A DNA stretch of 64,000 nucleotides from Rickettsiales bacterium (GTDB lineage: Bacteria; Pseudomonadota; Alphaproteobacteria; Rickettsiales; G965195355), in contig OZ239627.1 in the NCBI GenBank assembly GCA_965195355.1, forward strand, positions 73,185 through 137,184. Reading direction: 5' to 3'. Of this stretch, positions 1 to 9,809 are shown in pieces. The first letter of the stretch is position 1. The number at the start of each line of letters is the position of its first letter. A program made the position numbers and the translations under genes. The notes below the pieces were generated by a model that searched no databases, was not told the origin of the DNA, and saw nothing but the letters and a program-made list of their open reading frames with translations.

Positions 1-1
1 T

Positions 2-334
2 AATGGCTTCTATCTCGCGAACTCTAATAGTGTTGGTGTATATGGAAGTGATGCTGGATACGATTTATACTCATATCTCCAAGATAAGCAACAATGGCTT
101 CGCACCACAAATACTCGCGCTAATGGGATTGAACAATTTCTCAAAAATCCCGACACTGGCAATTACGATGCTCCATATCGCACTAATATACATCCAGCAA
201 TATCACCGTTGCCACAAACAAAGCTTAAACAAGCAAAAGCATATAGAGGCACTATCGCTGCAGGGATCTTGATTTTTACTGCTGTTGCACTTATTGCAAC
301 ATTAGGCGCACTTGGTGGTACTCATAATCTCTAA
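2..334 (+). CDS. 3' fragment of a CDS starting upstream of the window; hypothetical protein ending in a hydrophobic tail anchor
   Basis: Frame 2 is open from the window edge to TAA at 332-334. It ends ...AYRGTIAAGILIFTAVALIATLGALGGTHNL*. It has no Met, so it is absent from the ORF track. Track ORF 3..272 is a different frame and looks like noise. Confidence 0.5.
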   Translation, partial: NGFYLANSNSVGVYGSDAGYDLYSYLQDKQQWLRTTNTRANGIEQFLKNPDTGNYDAPYRTNIHPAISPLPQTKLKQAKAYRGTIAAGILIFTAVALIATLGALGGTHNL

Positions 335-388
335 TTAGTAGATATCTACGCAATTTTGATCTAGAATCCTGCATATCTATTATGTTAT

Positions 389-1327
389 ATGAAGAAGGCA
401 GCGATATTGCTCTCGATTATTGACCCAGGAGTCGCACAAACGATTCTAGAAGAGCTCAAACTCAGTAAAAGTCAATTGCAATCCTTGAGTGATGCAATGG
501 ATAATTATGACACATCCTCGAAAGAAGAGGTAGAAGAGGTCTGCTCTATCGTAATACGTGAGAGTGAAAGTCGAATGCAAGGTATTGATAATAGCTCCGC
601 TAAATCCATGCTACATAACATGCTGAATCAAGATAATTGCACCTGGCAACAGGTCAATACCTTATCACCCAAAGCAATTGCTTCTTATCTCGATCAAGAG
701 AGGCCTGAAATAATCTCTGCGATAATTACAAATTTAGATCGCAATCTATGTACAGAGGTGATCTCTTTATTGTCCCCGGATCTAGCGAATTCTGTTATTA
801 TCTCTCTACTGGATAATCGTAGATTGCATCACAAGATATCTAGCGAGATAGGAAAAGGCATGGCGCAGAAAATAACCAGCGATGAAACACAACAGGATAA
901 TACTCACAATGAACTTATCTCTATTCTATTTGATACAATATCGGAGAATGAGCAATCTAATTTAATTAAGCAAATCGAACCTAAAGATCAAAAATTGGCA
1001 GAAAATTTGAAAAAATGCATACTATCCTTTGAAGATATAGAAACACTCGAATCCAAGGATATGCAAAAATTAATCAGCGCAATAGATAAGAATGACATTC
1101 CGATGGCTCTCAAAGGATGCTCTGAGTCTCTCCAGGGTCAATTTTTCAATAATATATCTGAGCGCGCGACACGAATATTAAAAGAAGATATGGACATCAT
1201 TGGTTCTGTCTCAACAAAGGATGTAGCATCTGTACAAAAGAAAATCCTATCATCATTGAAATCTTTAATACGCGAAGGTGCAATTAAGATTGGCAATCAG
1301 AATGAACAAGAGGACATGATCTCATAA
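389..1327 (+). CDS. fliG: Flagellar motor switch protein FliG
   Basis: N-terminal KAAILLSI... and C-terminal MALKGCSESLQGQFFNNISERATRILKEDMDIIGSVSTKDVASVQKKIL match the FliG N- and C-domain signatures (ALKGA...NMS.RA...ED.E.LGPV...DVE.AQ). Confidence 0.8.
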   Translation: MKKAAILLSIIDPGVAQTILEELKLSKSQLQSLSDAMDNYDTSSKEEVEEVCSIVIRESESRMQGIDNSSAKSMLHNMLNQDNCTWQQVNTLSPKAIASYLDQERPEIISAIITNLDRNLCTEVISLLSPDLANSVIISLLDNRRLHHKISSEIGKGMAQKITSDETQQDNTHNELISILFDTISENEQSNLIKQIEPKDQKLAENLKKCILSFEDIETLESKDMQKLISAIDKNDIPMALKGCSESLQGQFFNNISERATRILKEDMDIIGSVSTKDVASVQKKILSSLKSLIREGAIKIGNQNEQEDMIS

Positions 1328-1333
1328 CATGCA

Positions 1334-2848
1334 TTGTGCTATTTGCAATCATACTGTATAAACCCAATCTATCACTGTAAACTTCATAAGATGTGTATTT
1401 TATTAAATCTCTTCCTTTGTCATATCGTTTTGTCTCTGTGGCCCATACGGATTCTCTTTACACAAGAATATCATCGCAGCACAAATTTAGGATGGCTCAT
1501 ATCAATCGTTTTGATTCCATATATTGGCTCTATGAGTTTCTTGCTTTTAAGGTTAGATTTTAACAAAACCACACTTCGCTCTCAGCAATTAGATTCTGTA
1601 TTCACAGAATGCGCAAAAAGAATGAGTAAAAGTGAATACATCACCACTCAGAATGCTACAGATAACATTGAAAAATCCGGTTCTGGCATAGGTTTGAACA
1701 AATACATGGGTATTAATAACATTGATTATTTAGTGGATGATGAATTCCTTTCATCTGTTATAGATGGAATTAACAACGCAGAGAAATATATTTGTATCTT
1801 AACATATATGTTTAACGGCAGCGTTCGTAAGCAAATTTTAGATGCATTAGAGCAAGCAGGAAAAAGAGGTGTGCAAGTATATACAATCCTAGATCTCCCA
1901 ATATATAGGAGTATTGTTGCAAAAAAGATCAAGTTCCTCGAAGATCCAGAGATCACTTCTGTATTCGAACAGGATAATATGCATCTTGCATTTTTCAATC
2001 AAGCAAATCTCATCAGAAGGATAATACAAGTGAATTCAATGATGCATTCCAAAATGATGATAGTGGACAGCAAAGAAATGTGGATTGGATCCCATAATAT
2101 GGAAGAAGTTATTTTAGTGAACAAATATATACACGAGCACAAAGAAGGTGGTGTAAATAATTTCACTGCAGTTGTGAAAGGAGAAGTGATATCACAAGGA
2201 GTATTGTATTTTTCTTCATTATGGAGATACGCAAAGGGAGAGTATTTAGAATTATTAAGTCATGCAAATATCCCATCATCATATCATGAGAATCACATCG
2301 CAAAAGCAAGACTGGTACATAAACATACAGAAAAATATAGCAGTGCGATGAATGAAACTATCATATCCGCTCTTACCGCTGCAGAACATGAATGCATAGT
2401 GATGGTACCTTACTTCATGCCATCAGATTCGATTATGTCTGCATTCTTGATCGCACTTAACAAAGGCATAAATGTGAAAATATTAATTCCCGAAACAAGC
2501 GACACAAAACCCGATTTCCATTCTGCAAGAGTGTTTTTTAAGCTTTTATCAGATTGTGGAGCAGAGATTAGACTTGGCGGACAAACACTTGGTGCTGCTT
2601 ATATTCACACGAAAATCATTAAAATAGATCATAATTGGTCGTTCTTCGGATCCATGAATTTAGATATACGTAGTGTAATCATAAATGAGGAATTAGATTT
2701 CGATATCATAAGTGAAGATGTGGCAAAGCGCGTGGATTCTTACTTCAATGAAATGTGGGAAAGAGCAACGCCAGCGCCCACACGCGCATTGACTACATGG
2801 GAAAAAATGTACTCCAATTTCTTCGGATTATTCTATAGCATTACTTAA
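1334..2848 (+). CDS. cls: Cardiolipin synthase (PLD family); true start may be an internal Met
   Basis: Two HKD motifs are present: HSKMMIVDSKEMWIGSHN and HTKIIKIDHNWSFFGSMN. The N-terminus has two TM segments typical of Cls. Confidence 0.8.
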   Translation: MCYLQSYCINPIYHCKLHKMCILLNLFLCHIVLSLWPIRILFTQEYHRSTNLGWLISIVLIPYIGSMSFLLLRLDFNKTTLRSQQLDSVFTECAKRMSKSEYITTQNATDNIEKSGSGIGLNKYMGINNIDYLVDDEFLSSVIDGINNAEKYICILTYMFNGSVRKQILDALEQAGKRGVQVYTILDLPIYRSIVAKKIKFLEDPEITSVFEQDNMHLAFFNQANLIRRIIQVNSMMHSKMMIVDSKEMWIGSHNMEEVILVNKYIHEHKEGGVNNFTAVVKGEVISQGVLYFSSLWRYAKGEYLELLSHANIPSSYHENHIAKARLVHKHTEKYSSAMNETIISALTAAEHECIVMVPYFMPSDSIMSAFLIALNKGINVKILIPETSDTKPDFHSARVFFKLLSDCGAEIRLGGQTLGAAYIHTKIIKIDHNWSFFGSMNLDIRSVIINEELDFDIISEDVAKRVDSYFNEMWERATPAPTRALTTWEKMYSNFFGLFYSIT

Positions 2849-3799
2849 ATGAACGTTTATAACTTCTCATTCTCAGAGGAACAATCCAATATAAGAGTTG
2901 ATTCATTTCTTAGTAGTAAAATCGAATCAATGTCTCGGACTATGATACAGAAAGCAATTCGTGAAGGAAATCTACATATAGATAATAGAATTATTACGCA
3001 AGTAGATCATAAGATGCAATCGCATTCCACAATCTCACTTAAAATACCGAAACAGCAAGCTCTCAGTAATGTCCGAGTATCAAGTTCACTTGATATAAGA
3101 TATGAAGATGATGATCTGATTATACTCAATAAAGCTCCCGGTATAACCGTGCATGCGGGAGCTGGTACGCACAATGATACGTTGGTAGATATATTACAAA
3201 ATGACAAAAAAATCTCAGGAACAGGCATCCGCCCTGGAATAGTTCATAGACTTGATAAGTGGACAAGTGGATTGATGATAGTAGCAAAAAATCCTACATC
3301 ACAATATAAACTCGGTGAACAAATCTCAAAGCGAGAAGTCAACAGAAAATACCTTGCACTTGCTTGGAAGATTCCACAAGAACAAGGTGAAATCTCATCT
3401 AATATAGCATACGATAGATATAACAAGCGCATGCAAGTAAGTAAATATGATGGGAAAACAGCATTAACATATTACAAATTGCTTGAAACATTCAACAATG
3501 TGTGTAGTTTAATTGAATGTACATTACATACGGGACGCACACATCAGATACGAGTGCACATGTCCTCAATTGGGCACTCTATAGTGGGAGATCAAATCTA
3601 TGGGAAAAATGCGCGCAACATAACACAAGCATCTATATATAAGGACGAATTATCATCCATCAAACGACAAGCGCTTCATGCCTATGCATTGGACTTCATT
3701 CATCCAATCAGCGGTGAAAAATTAGAGTTCATAAGTGAATTCCCATATGACATTCAACATGCAATAGATAATATGAGAGAAATATGTATCAAAATATAA
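2849..3799 (+). CDS. rluD: 23S rRNA pseudouridine synthase, RluA/RluD family
   Basis: S4-like N-terminus (RVDSFLSSKI...SRTMIQKAIREGNLHIDN). Catalytic motif HRLDKWTSGLMIVAK and HTGRTHQIRVHM are present. Confidence 0.85.
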   Translation: MNVYNFSFSEEQSNIRVDSFLSSKIESMSRTMIQKAIREGNLHIDNRIITQVDHKMQSHSTISLKIPKQQALSNVRVSSSLDIRYEDDDLIILNKAPGITVHAGAGTHNDTLVDILQNDKKISGTGIRPGIVHRLDKWTSGLMIVAKNPTSQYKLGEQISKREVNRKYLALAWKIPQEQGEISSNIAYDRYNKRMQVSKYDGKTALTYYKLLETFNNVCSLIECTLHTGRTHQIRVHMSSIGHSIVGDQIYGKNARNITQASIYKDELSSIKRQALHAYALDFIHPISGEKLEFISEFPYDIQHAIDNMREICIKI

Positions 3800-4593
3800 G
3801 TGGTTTTTTTCAGAAATTACAACTTGAAATCTGTGATTGCTGTCTGAAGATAGAAAAAATTGCAAACCAAGATGTACAGCATGAATTTCATGAACATACA
3901 TGGAAGCGCGATAACAATCCATCAAATGGAGGCGGTACTAGTATGGTGTTACGCGGTAATGTTTTTGAGAAAGCGGGAATAAATTTTTCTGATGTTTGTG
4001 GTAAATTCCAAGATGCATTCTCCAATGAGATCCCAGGTGCAAAAGAAAATAATGGAGTTTTTCAAGCCACTGGAATATCCCTTGTAATGCATCCAAGAAA
4101 TCCTCACATACCTATAATACACATGAATCTAAGACATATATGCACATCAAAAGCATGGTTTGGCGGAGGAATTGACCTTACACCTTCAATAGAATATCAA
4201 GAAGATACTGAATATTTCCATCATGAATTAGAAATAATATGCGGTGATCGCTATATGGAATTCAAAAAATGGTGCGATAAATACTTCTATATACAACATA
4301 GACAAGAAGCACGAGGTATCGGAGGTGTTTTCTTTGATTATCTTGATGCTAATGAAGATAATTTGCATTTCGTGCAATCATTAGGACGCAAATTCATGAA
4401 TATATATTCAGAGATAGTACAGAGACACATAAATACAACTTGGGACGACAATGACTTGATATCTCAAAAGAACAAGCGAGCTAAATACGTTGAATTTAAT
4501 CTTCTATATGACAGAGGAACAAGATTCGGTCTCAAAACCGGAGCAAATCTTGATGCATTATTCGTATCTCTTCCCCCATCAACTGGATGGTGA
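3784..4593 (+). CDS. hemF: Oxygen-dependent coproporphyrinogen III oxidase
   Basis: Motifs GGGTSMVLRGNVFEKAGINFS, HPRNPHIPIIHMNLR, WFGGGIDLTP, RGIGGVFFDY and YVEFNLLYDRGTRFGL. Overlaps the rluD 3' end by 16 nt. Confidence 0.9.
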   Translation: MYQNISGFFQKLQLEICDCCLKIEKIANQDVQHEFHEHTWKRDNNPSNGGGTSMVLRGNVFEKAGINFSDVCGKFQDAFSNEIPGAKENNGVFQATGISLVMHPRNPHIPIIHMNLRHICTSKAWFGGGIDLTPSIEYQEDTEYFHHELEIICGDRYMEFKKWCDKYFYIQHRQEARGIGGVFFDYLDANEDNLHFVQSLGRKFMNIYSEIVQRHINTTWDDNDLISQKNKRAKYVEFNLLYDRGTRFGLKTGANLDALFVSLPPSTGW

Positions 4594-4595
4594 TT

Positions 4596-5276
4596 TTACA
4601 TCAGATTGTTGCTCTTAAAACTAAAATGACCAGTCTGTGATACAATAACGTGATCCACCAATTCAACTCCAACTGTTTCACATGCAGATATTAATTGCTG
4701 AGTTATCACCGCATCAGCCTTAGATGGTTCATGATCACCACTTGGATGATTGTGAGCAATCACAATTTTAGATGCTTTCAATTGCAAAGCACGAGCCACA
4801 ATTTCTCGTATATATACTCGCGTCTCATCAATTGTGCCATACTCATGCAAATCATCTTGAATCAGAGCGTATTTCGTATTTAGATACAATATCCTATGAC
4901 ATTCTGTATCACGATGTCCCATGCTAATGCGTAAATAATCCACCAAGGAATGCCAGTTATTCAGCACAGTGCTATTTGTGAATTTACTTTTTAAAATACG
5001 CTCTACACTCTCTTGAATGCACATAATCAAAGAAACTGCCTGATCATTCAATTCTTCTACTTCTTTCAGATCATGCACAGAAGCACTCAGAAGCTTTGCA
5101 TAACTACCAAATCTACCAATTAATTTTTTGGCCAACGGCTTCACATCGCGACGCGGTATAGCAGAAAACAGCAAAACCTCGCATATCTCAACATCTGTCA
5201 ATATACTCCTTCCAGATTTGAACAATTTGTCCCTAACTCTCTTTCTATGACCTTGCTCCATAACGACAATATTCAT
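4596..5276 (-). CDS. radC: RadC-family JAB/MPN domain protein
   Basis: C-terminal HNHPSGDHEPSKAD JAMM motif and a helix-hairpin-helix-like N-terminal half. Confidence 0.85.
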   Translation of the reverse strand: MNIVVMEQGHRKRVRDKLFKSGRSILTDVEICEVLLFSAIPRRDVKPLAKKLIGRFGSYAKLLSASVHDLKEVEELNDQAVSLIMCIQESVERILKSKFTNSTVLNNWHSLVDYLRISMGHRDTECHRILYLNTKYALIQDDLHEYGTIDETRVYIREIVARALQLKASKIVIAHNHPSGDHEPSKADAVITQQLISACETVGVELVDHVIVSQTGHFSFKSNNLM

Positions 5277-5369
5277 CCCTCAAAGATTATCTATTGCATA
5301 TACAAAAAAATTATTACGATGTATCACGCAACCATAGAGTGTACTGAATACCAGATACACACCATACAT

Positions 5370-5873
5370 TCATCTTGGCACAAAAATAGCAACCACAACA
5401 TTACCTTCTTGCTTCGGCCTAAAATCTGTTGTAGCACAATCAGAGACAGCTTCTACAATCTCGTCCATCACTTTATGTGCAATATCGGGCCTTCCTATTT
5501 CTCTACCTCTTAACTTAACACTTATTTTCACTTTATCTCCCGCGCTCACAAATTTGGAAATTTGTGAGATCTTCACCTTCAAATCTCCTGATCCGATGTT
5601 TGCTTTGAAGTTCAATTCCTTCATTATATTCTTTGCCTGCTTTTTCCTAGCTTGCGCAAGCTTCTTGTTGTGATGGTATTTGAATTTACCATAATTCATC
5701 AACTTACATACAACTGGATTACTATTTGGTGATATCTCAACCAAATCCAATCCAGCAGATCGAGCCATATCGATTGCATTATTGCGCAGCATCACACCAT
5801 GCTTCTCTCCATCTTCTCCAATCAGAAGCACATTACGTGCTTTAATCTCAAAATTACATTTGAACAAATTCAT
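5370..5873 (-). CDS. infC: Translation initiation factor IF-3
   Basis: IKARNVLLIGEDGEKHGVM...A...A...GLDLVEISPNSNPVVCKLMNYGKFKY and a C-domain resembling ...KVKISVKLRGRE. Lies directly downstream of thrS, the conserved arrangement. Confidence 0.9.
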   Translation of the reverse strand: MNLFKCNFEIKARNVLLIGEDGEKHGVMLRNNAIDMARSAGLDLVEISPNSNPVVCKLMNYGKFKYHHNKKLAQARKKQAKNIMKELNFKANIGSGDLKVKISQISKFVSAGDKVKISVKLRGREIGRPDIAHKVMDEIVEAVSDCATTDFRPKQEGNVVVAIFVPR

Positions 5874-5876
5874 ACC

Positions 5877-7799
5877 TTATACATTGCTTATTTCGTCCAT
5901 CATACATTCAATGAAATCATCAAATGCTTGAACACAACTCTCATTATTACCCATCTTTCTAACAGATAAAGTATTGTCATCTCTTTCTTTTTCACCAATC
6001 ACAATAGAATATGGAATTTTTAACAACATAGATCTTTTAAGCTTCTGTTGTATTCTCTCATTATCTAGATTTGATATTACCTTCATACCCTTTGATTGGA
6101 GAGCGCATCTCACTTCATCAGCGTATGAATTCACCTCAGAAGTAACAGTCAACACAGCTATTTGTATAGGAGCAATCCAAAGTGGCAATACACCATTGTA
6201 ATGCTCAAGTAAAATTCCCGCAAATCTCTCTAGAGATCCAAGTATAGCTCTATGTATCATAACTGGCACTTTCTTCTCTCCGTTCTTGTCTACATATTCC
6301 GCCTTAAGTCTCGCGGGAAGAACGTAATCCAACTGCAAAGTGCCACATTGCCAATCTCTTCCCATACAATCTGTCAATACGAACTCAATCTTTGGACCGT
6401 AGAATGCACCCTCACCTGGATTCAGATCATATTCCAGACCAGCCTCATCCATAGCATTCTTCAGAGATTTCTCTGCAAGATCCCACGTCTCATCTGAACC
6501 TGCGCGAACCTTGGGTCTATCAGACAACTTAACTTTGATATTCTCAAAACCAAATTTCCTATAAACAGATCTCAATAATTCACAAAATTTCTTCGTCTCC
6601 GACACAATGTGCTCCTCAGTACAAAATATGTGAGCATCATCCTGAGTAAAGCCACGTACTCTCATCAACCCCTGCAATGAACCTGATGGTTCATATCTAT
6701 GACATGATCCGAATTCAGACAATCTAATCGGGAGATCCTTATAACTCACCGGCTTTTTATTGAAGATCTGCACATGACATGGGCAATTCATCGGCTTAAT
6801 GGCAACATGTCTCTCTTTTCTACCATCTTCAGATTCTTTATGCAAAAAGCTGAACATGTTATCCTGAAATTTCTCCCAATGCCCAGAATCCTCCCAAAGT
6901 TGGCGCCCAACAAGAATCGGAGTTTTCACTTCTTGATAATCATCAGCAAGGACACTCCTAATATAGGATTCGAGATTCTGCATTAAAGTCCATCCGTTTG
7001 GATGCCAGAAAATTTGACCTGGGGCATCATCCTGGATATGAAAAAGCTCCATCTGCTTAGCTAAATTCCGATGATCTCGCTTCTTTGCTTCTTCTCTTTG
7101 CTTAAGATGCTTCTTAAGATCTTTCTCAGATTGCCAAGCTGTGCCATATATTCTCTGCAATCTCTTGCCAGATGAATCACCTCTCCAATATGACGCAGAT
7201 ACATGAGTCAATTTGAAATTCTTAACATATTTCGTAGACGGAAAATGCGGTCCTCTACATAAGTCAATAAAATCTCCTTGCTGATATACTGTTATCTCTA
7301 CATCAGATCTCTCAGAAATAAGATCTCTTATCAATTCAACCTTTAAATTCTCTCCAATTTCTGAGAAGAATTCTATCGCTTTGTCACTACTCCACACCTG
7401 CCGCTCAATCGTGAGATCCATATTAACAATCTCATGCATCTTTTCTTCTATTGCAGCAAAATCCTCTGTTGAAAATGCTCGCTCACTGTCAATATCGTAA
7501 TAAAATCCATCTCTTATCACGGGACCAATCGCAAGGCCTGCACTTGGATATAGCTCTTTAACAGCTTGAGCTAATACATGAGCAGCATCATGTCTTAACA
7601 CCTCTAGTGCATCAGGGGAATTCTCATATATAAACTCCAACGTGCAATCTTGATCTATTGCACGATCCAAATCTCTCAATTCATCATCAATTTTCACTAG
7701 AATAGGATTGCGAGATGTGTTATCTGATACCAGCCCTGCAGGCAATATAGATTCGTTGCAAGAATATGAATCATACTTTGTAGTAACAGTAAAACTCAT
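5877..7799 (-). CDS. thrS: Threonyl-tRNA synthetase
   Basis: 640 aa. TGS and second-additional-domain region (HDAAHVLAQAV), class II motifs (RVRGFTQDDAHIF, EGAFYGPKIEF) and a C-terminal anticodon-binding domain. Confidence 0.95.
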   Translation of the reverse strand: MSFTVTTKYDSYSCNESILPAGLVSDNTSRNPILVKIDDELRDLDRAIDQDCTLEFIYENSPDALEVLRHDAAHVLAQAVKELYPSAGLAIGPVIRDGFYYDIDSERAFSTEDFAAIEEKMHEIVNMDLTIERQVWSSDKAIEFFSEIGENLKVELIRDLISERSDVEITVYQQGDFIDLCRGPHFPSTKYVKNFKLTHVSASYWRGDSSGKRLQRIYGTAWQSEKDLKKHLKQREEAKKRDHRNLAKQMELFHIQDDAPGQIFWHPNGWTLMQNLESYIRSVLADDYQEVKTPILVGRQLWEDSGHWEKFQDNMFSFLHKESEDGRKERHVAIKPMNCPCHVQIFNKKPVSYKDLPIRLSEFGSCHRYEPSGSLQGLMRVRGFTQDDAHIFCTEEHIVSETKKFCELLRSVYRKFGFENIKVKLSDRPKVRAGSDETWDLAEKSLKNAMDEAGLEYDLNPGEGAFYGPKIEFVLTDCMGRDWQCGTLQLDYVLPARLKAEYVDKNGEKKVPVMIHRAILGSLERFAGILLEHYNGVLPLWIAPIQIAVLTVTSEVNSYADEVRCALQSKGMKVISNLDNERIQQKLKRSMLLKIPYSIVIGEKERDDNTLSVRKMGNNESCVQAFDDFIECMMDEISNV

Positions 7800-8509
7800 G
7801 ATGCTTTCTTTTTAGAAAAGCCACCAATCATTCTACCAAGAACTTTCATAACGTTCTCTGATGAAGGCTCATTAATGATCTTAATGCCAGTATTATCACA
7901 ATTCCCTGCACACTCAGAAGTATTAGCACTCCAGAGAAATACCACTGGAGCAGAAAATTCTTTCTTGTTTATCATTTCATTAAGAGCAACCATATTATCA
8001 GATATTATCTTATTATAAGGTGTACTATCTTTGCATTTGTCTATTATATTTTGATCAATATCAATTGCTTGTCTATCAACGAGAGATGTCAAAGTGACAC
8101 CCACTCCAGAATCCTTTTTATACGCACTAAACATTTCATTCTGATGAGAAAAAATATTGTTTATAAACATTCTGAGATGCCGATGCGTGGCCTTGTTGTG
8201 TCTGTAACAAGCTACTTTGCTAGCAACATGAAATGCAACTCGATCCAAAGGATAATGACAAATCCCAACTGCAACTTTCTTTTGCTTAATTAGATTGGAC
8301 AAAACAGAATTTTCTTGTTCTTCTTTGATTAATTTGGCACAATGGAAACATGTATAGGATACATAATTGTATATAGCAACATGCGCACTTTTAGATCCGT
8401 ACATCACACAGTATTTAGTATCAATTGGACTATCAATTGGATCAACGTCTGCGTATACAGCATTGAGAATAAACAAAAATATGAGGAATGAAAAATATCT
8501 GAAATACAT
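7796..8509 (-). CDS. Periplasmic DsbA-like thiol:disulfide oxidoreductase
   Basis: N-terminal signal peptide (FLIFLFILNAVYA) and thioredoxin-fold CxxC motif YTCFHCAKL. Confidence 0.65.
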   Translation of the reverse strand: MYFRYFSFLIFLFILNAVYADVDPIDSPIDTKYCVMYGSKSAHVAIYNYVSYTCFHCAKLIKEEQENSVLSNLIKQKKVAVGICHYPLDRVAFHVASKVACYRHNKATHRHLRMFINNIFSHQNEMFSAYKKDSGVGVTLTSLVDRQAIDIDQNIIDKCKDSTPYNKIISDNMVALNEMINKKEFSAPVVFLWSANTSECAGNCDNTGIKIINEPSSENVMKVLGRMIGGFSKKKAS

Positions 8510-8596
8510 ATTAAATAGTCAAACACTAGCAGATAGTACAGATATTTGAGCCATTTGGAAATGATAAAATATACAGATTGATCCTGTCATGCAGGA

Positions 8597-9295
8597 GTGG
8601 TACAATGTTTCTTATATTTGTTTCATCTTTGCAATATGTTGTCTAGTGCGCGAATACTTATTCTTGGTATTTCATGTGATATCGGTAGCATCTTAAATCA
8701 ATTACTCAATAAAAAAGCAAGTGTAGTAGTCATCAGCAATAGCGCAGGGGATTTGGATAAATTGTTTGAACATAAAGAATTGAATTCATATTCTGAGCAG
8801 CAATTGACTCTCATCAATGTCTCTGATGCACCAACTGGTGAGGAATTGTTACAAATTAAAGGCGCAATACAGGGACAAGATGAGAGAGAGATTAATGCAA
8901 TTGTGAACTTCAATGCGCTGTGTGAATCGGACATAAGATTCTCAGATATGAGCTATAATGACATTCATAATCTCTTTTCAAATTCCATAGTGCACAGTTG
9001 CGCTATTATCAATGCATTTAGAAGCGATCTCTTGCTCGAGTGCACTAATATGATCTCAATGACGAAAGATAATATCGAAAAGACATCTATAATATGCAAA
9101 TGCTGTAGAGTGGTATTTGAGAATATAGAGCTAAATCACAAAAATACAAAACGAAACATAATAGAAATACAATCAGAATGTGATTTAAATGATGAGAACA
9201 TTGCGAAGTCTGTATGCATGCAGATATCTTCATTATTATCTAGTGATAATAATGGAAAAACATATTTCATTGGTAATCAAGATCATGAAGAATGA
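8597..9295 (+). CDS. Hypothetical protein with a degenerate SDR-like Rossmann N-terminus; start probably Met at 8636
   Basis: ILILGISCDIGSIL...VVVISN resembles the TGxxxGIG nucleotide-binding turn. No YxxxK catalytic motif was seen. Confidence 0.35.
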   Translation: MVQCFLYLFHLCNMLSSARILILGISCDIGSILNQLLNKKASVVVISNSAGDLDKLFEHKELNSYSEQQLTLINVSDAPTGEELLQIKGAIQGQDEREINAIVNFNALCESDIRFSDMSYNDIHNLFSNSIVHSCAIINAFRSDLLLECTNMISMTKDNIEKTSIICKCCRVVFENIELNHKNTKRNIIEIQSECDLNDENIAKSVCMQISSLLSSDNNGKTYFIGNQDHEE

Positions 9296-9437
9296 AATTA
9301 CGCTTTCGTGCTCCGGCAAAGAGAGTGAAACTCCTCATCCAAAAGTGTATTTTGTTGCACAAATAGGAGAGCAAGTTAAATGCACGTATTGTGGAATCAC
9401 ATTACAATACTCAAATACAGAAGACAAATCGTCTTAA
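9285..9437 (+). CDS. Small zinc-finger (zf-CHCC type) protein
   Basis: MKNEITLSCSG..ETPHPKVYFVAQIGEQVKCTYCGITLQY matches the HP.V...........C.YCG signature. The internal Met of track ORF 9189..9437 is taken as the start; it overlaps the previous stop by 11 nt. Confidence 0.6.
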   Translation: MKNEITLSCSGKESETPHPKVYFVAQIGEQVKCTYCGITLQYSNTEDKSS

Positions 9438-9799
9438 ACGTCCTTTCTATTATTAAATAAACTCATGCTTTGCATGAGCTCCTTGAGCACATCCGCAGAA
9501 TCAGTATTAATTTTCCCTCTAGCATCATTATACGCAGCCTTAATAAGATCACTAAACACGACAAGACGCTCTATTTCCATTGTTTTTTTCTTCGAGTTCT
9601 CATCACCAATATAGCACGCTATATTTTTAGTATCGATCTCAAGATCCATCATTTCACCGATACCATTCAATGTTATCTTCACTGCACCAGCACCAGAAGA
9701 TCCATGATGTAATCTCTGAGAATTCTCCTTCTGAGAATCTACAACTCTCCCATGCGCATCTTTTATACGATTAACAATATCATCAAAAATCATATCCAT
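9434..9799 (-). CDS. ybaB: Nucleoid-associated protein YbaB/EbfC
   Basis: GSSGAGAVKITLNGIGEMMDLEIDTKNI core. Sits in the conserved position immediately downstream of dnaX. Confidence 0.7.
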   Translation of the reverse strand: MDMIFDDIVNRIKDAHGRVVDSQKENSQRLHHGSSGAGAVKITLNGIGEMMDLEIDTKNIACYIGDENSKKKTMEIERLVVFSDLIKAAYNDARGKINTDSADVLKELMQSMSLFNNRKDV

Positions 9800-9809
9800 A
9801 CTCCAAGAT

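Noticed and set aside
3-272. Track ORF 3..272 (+), 89 aa
   Set aside because: The translation is compositionally odd, with no motif. A different frame (frame 2) is open across the whole region to 334 and ends in a clean TM anchor. The frame-3 ORF is most likely a shadow ORF.
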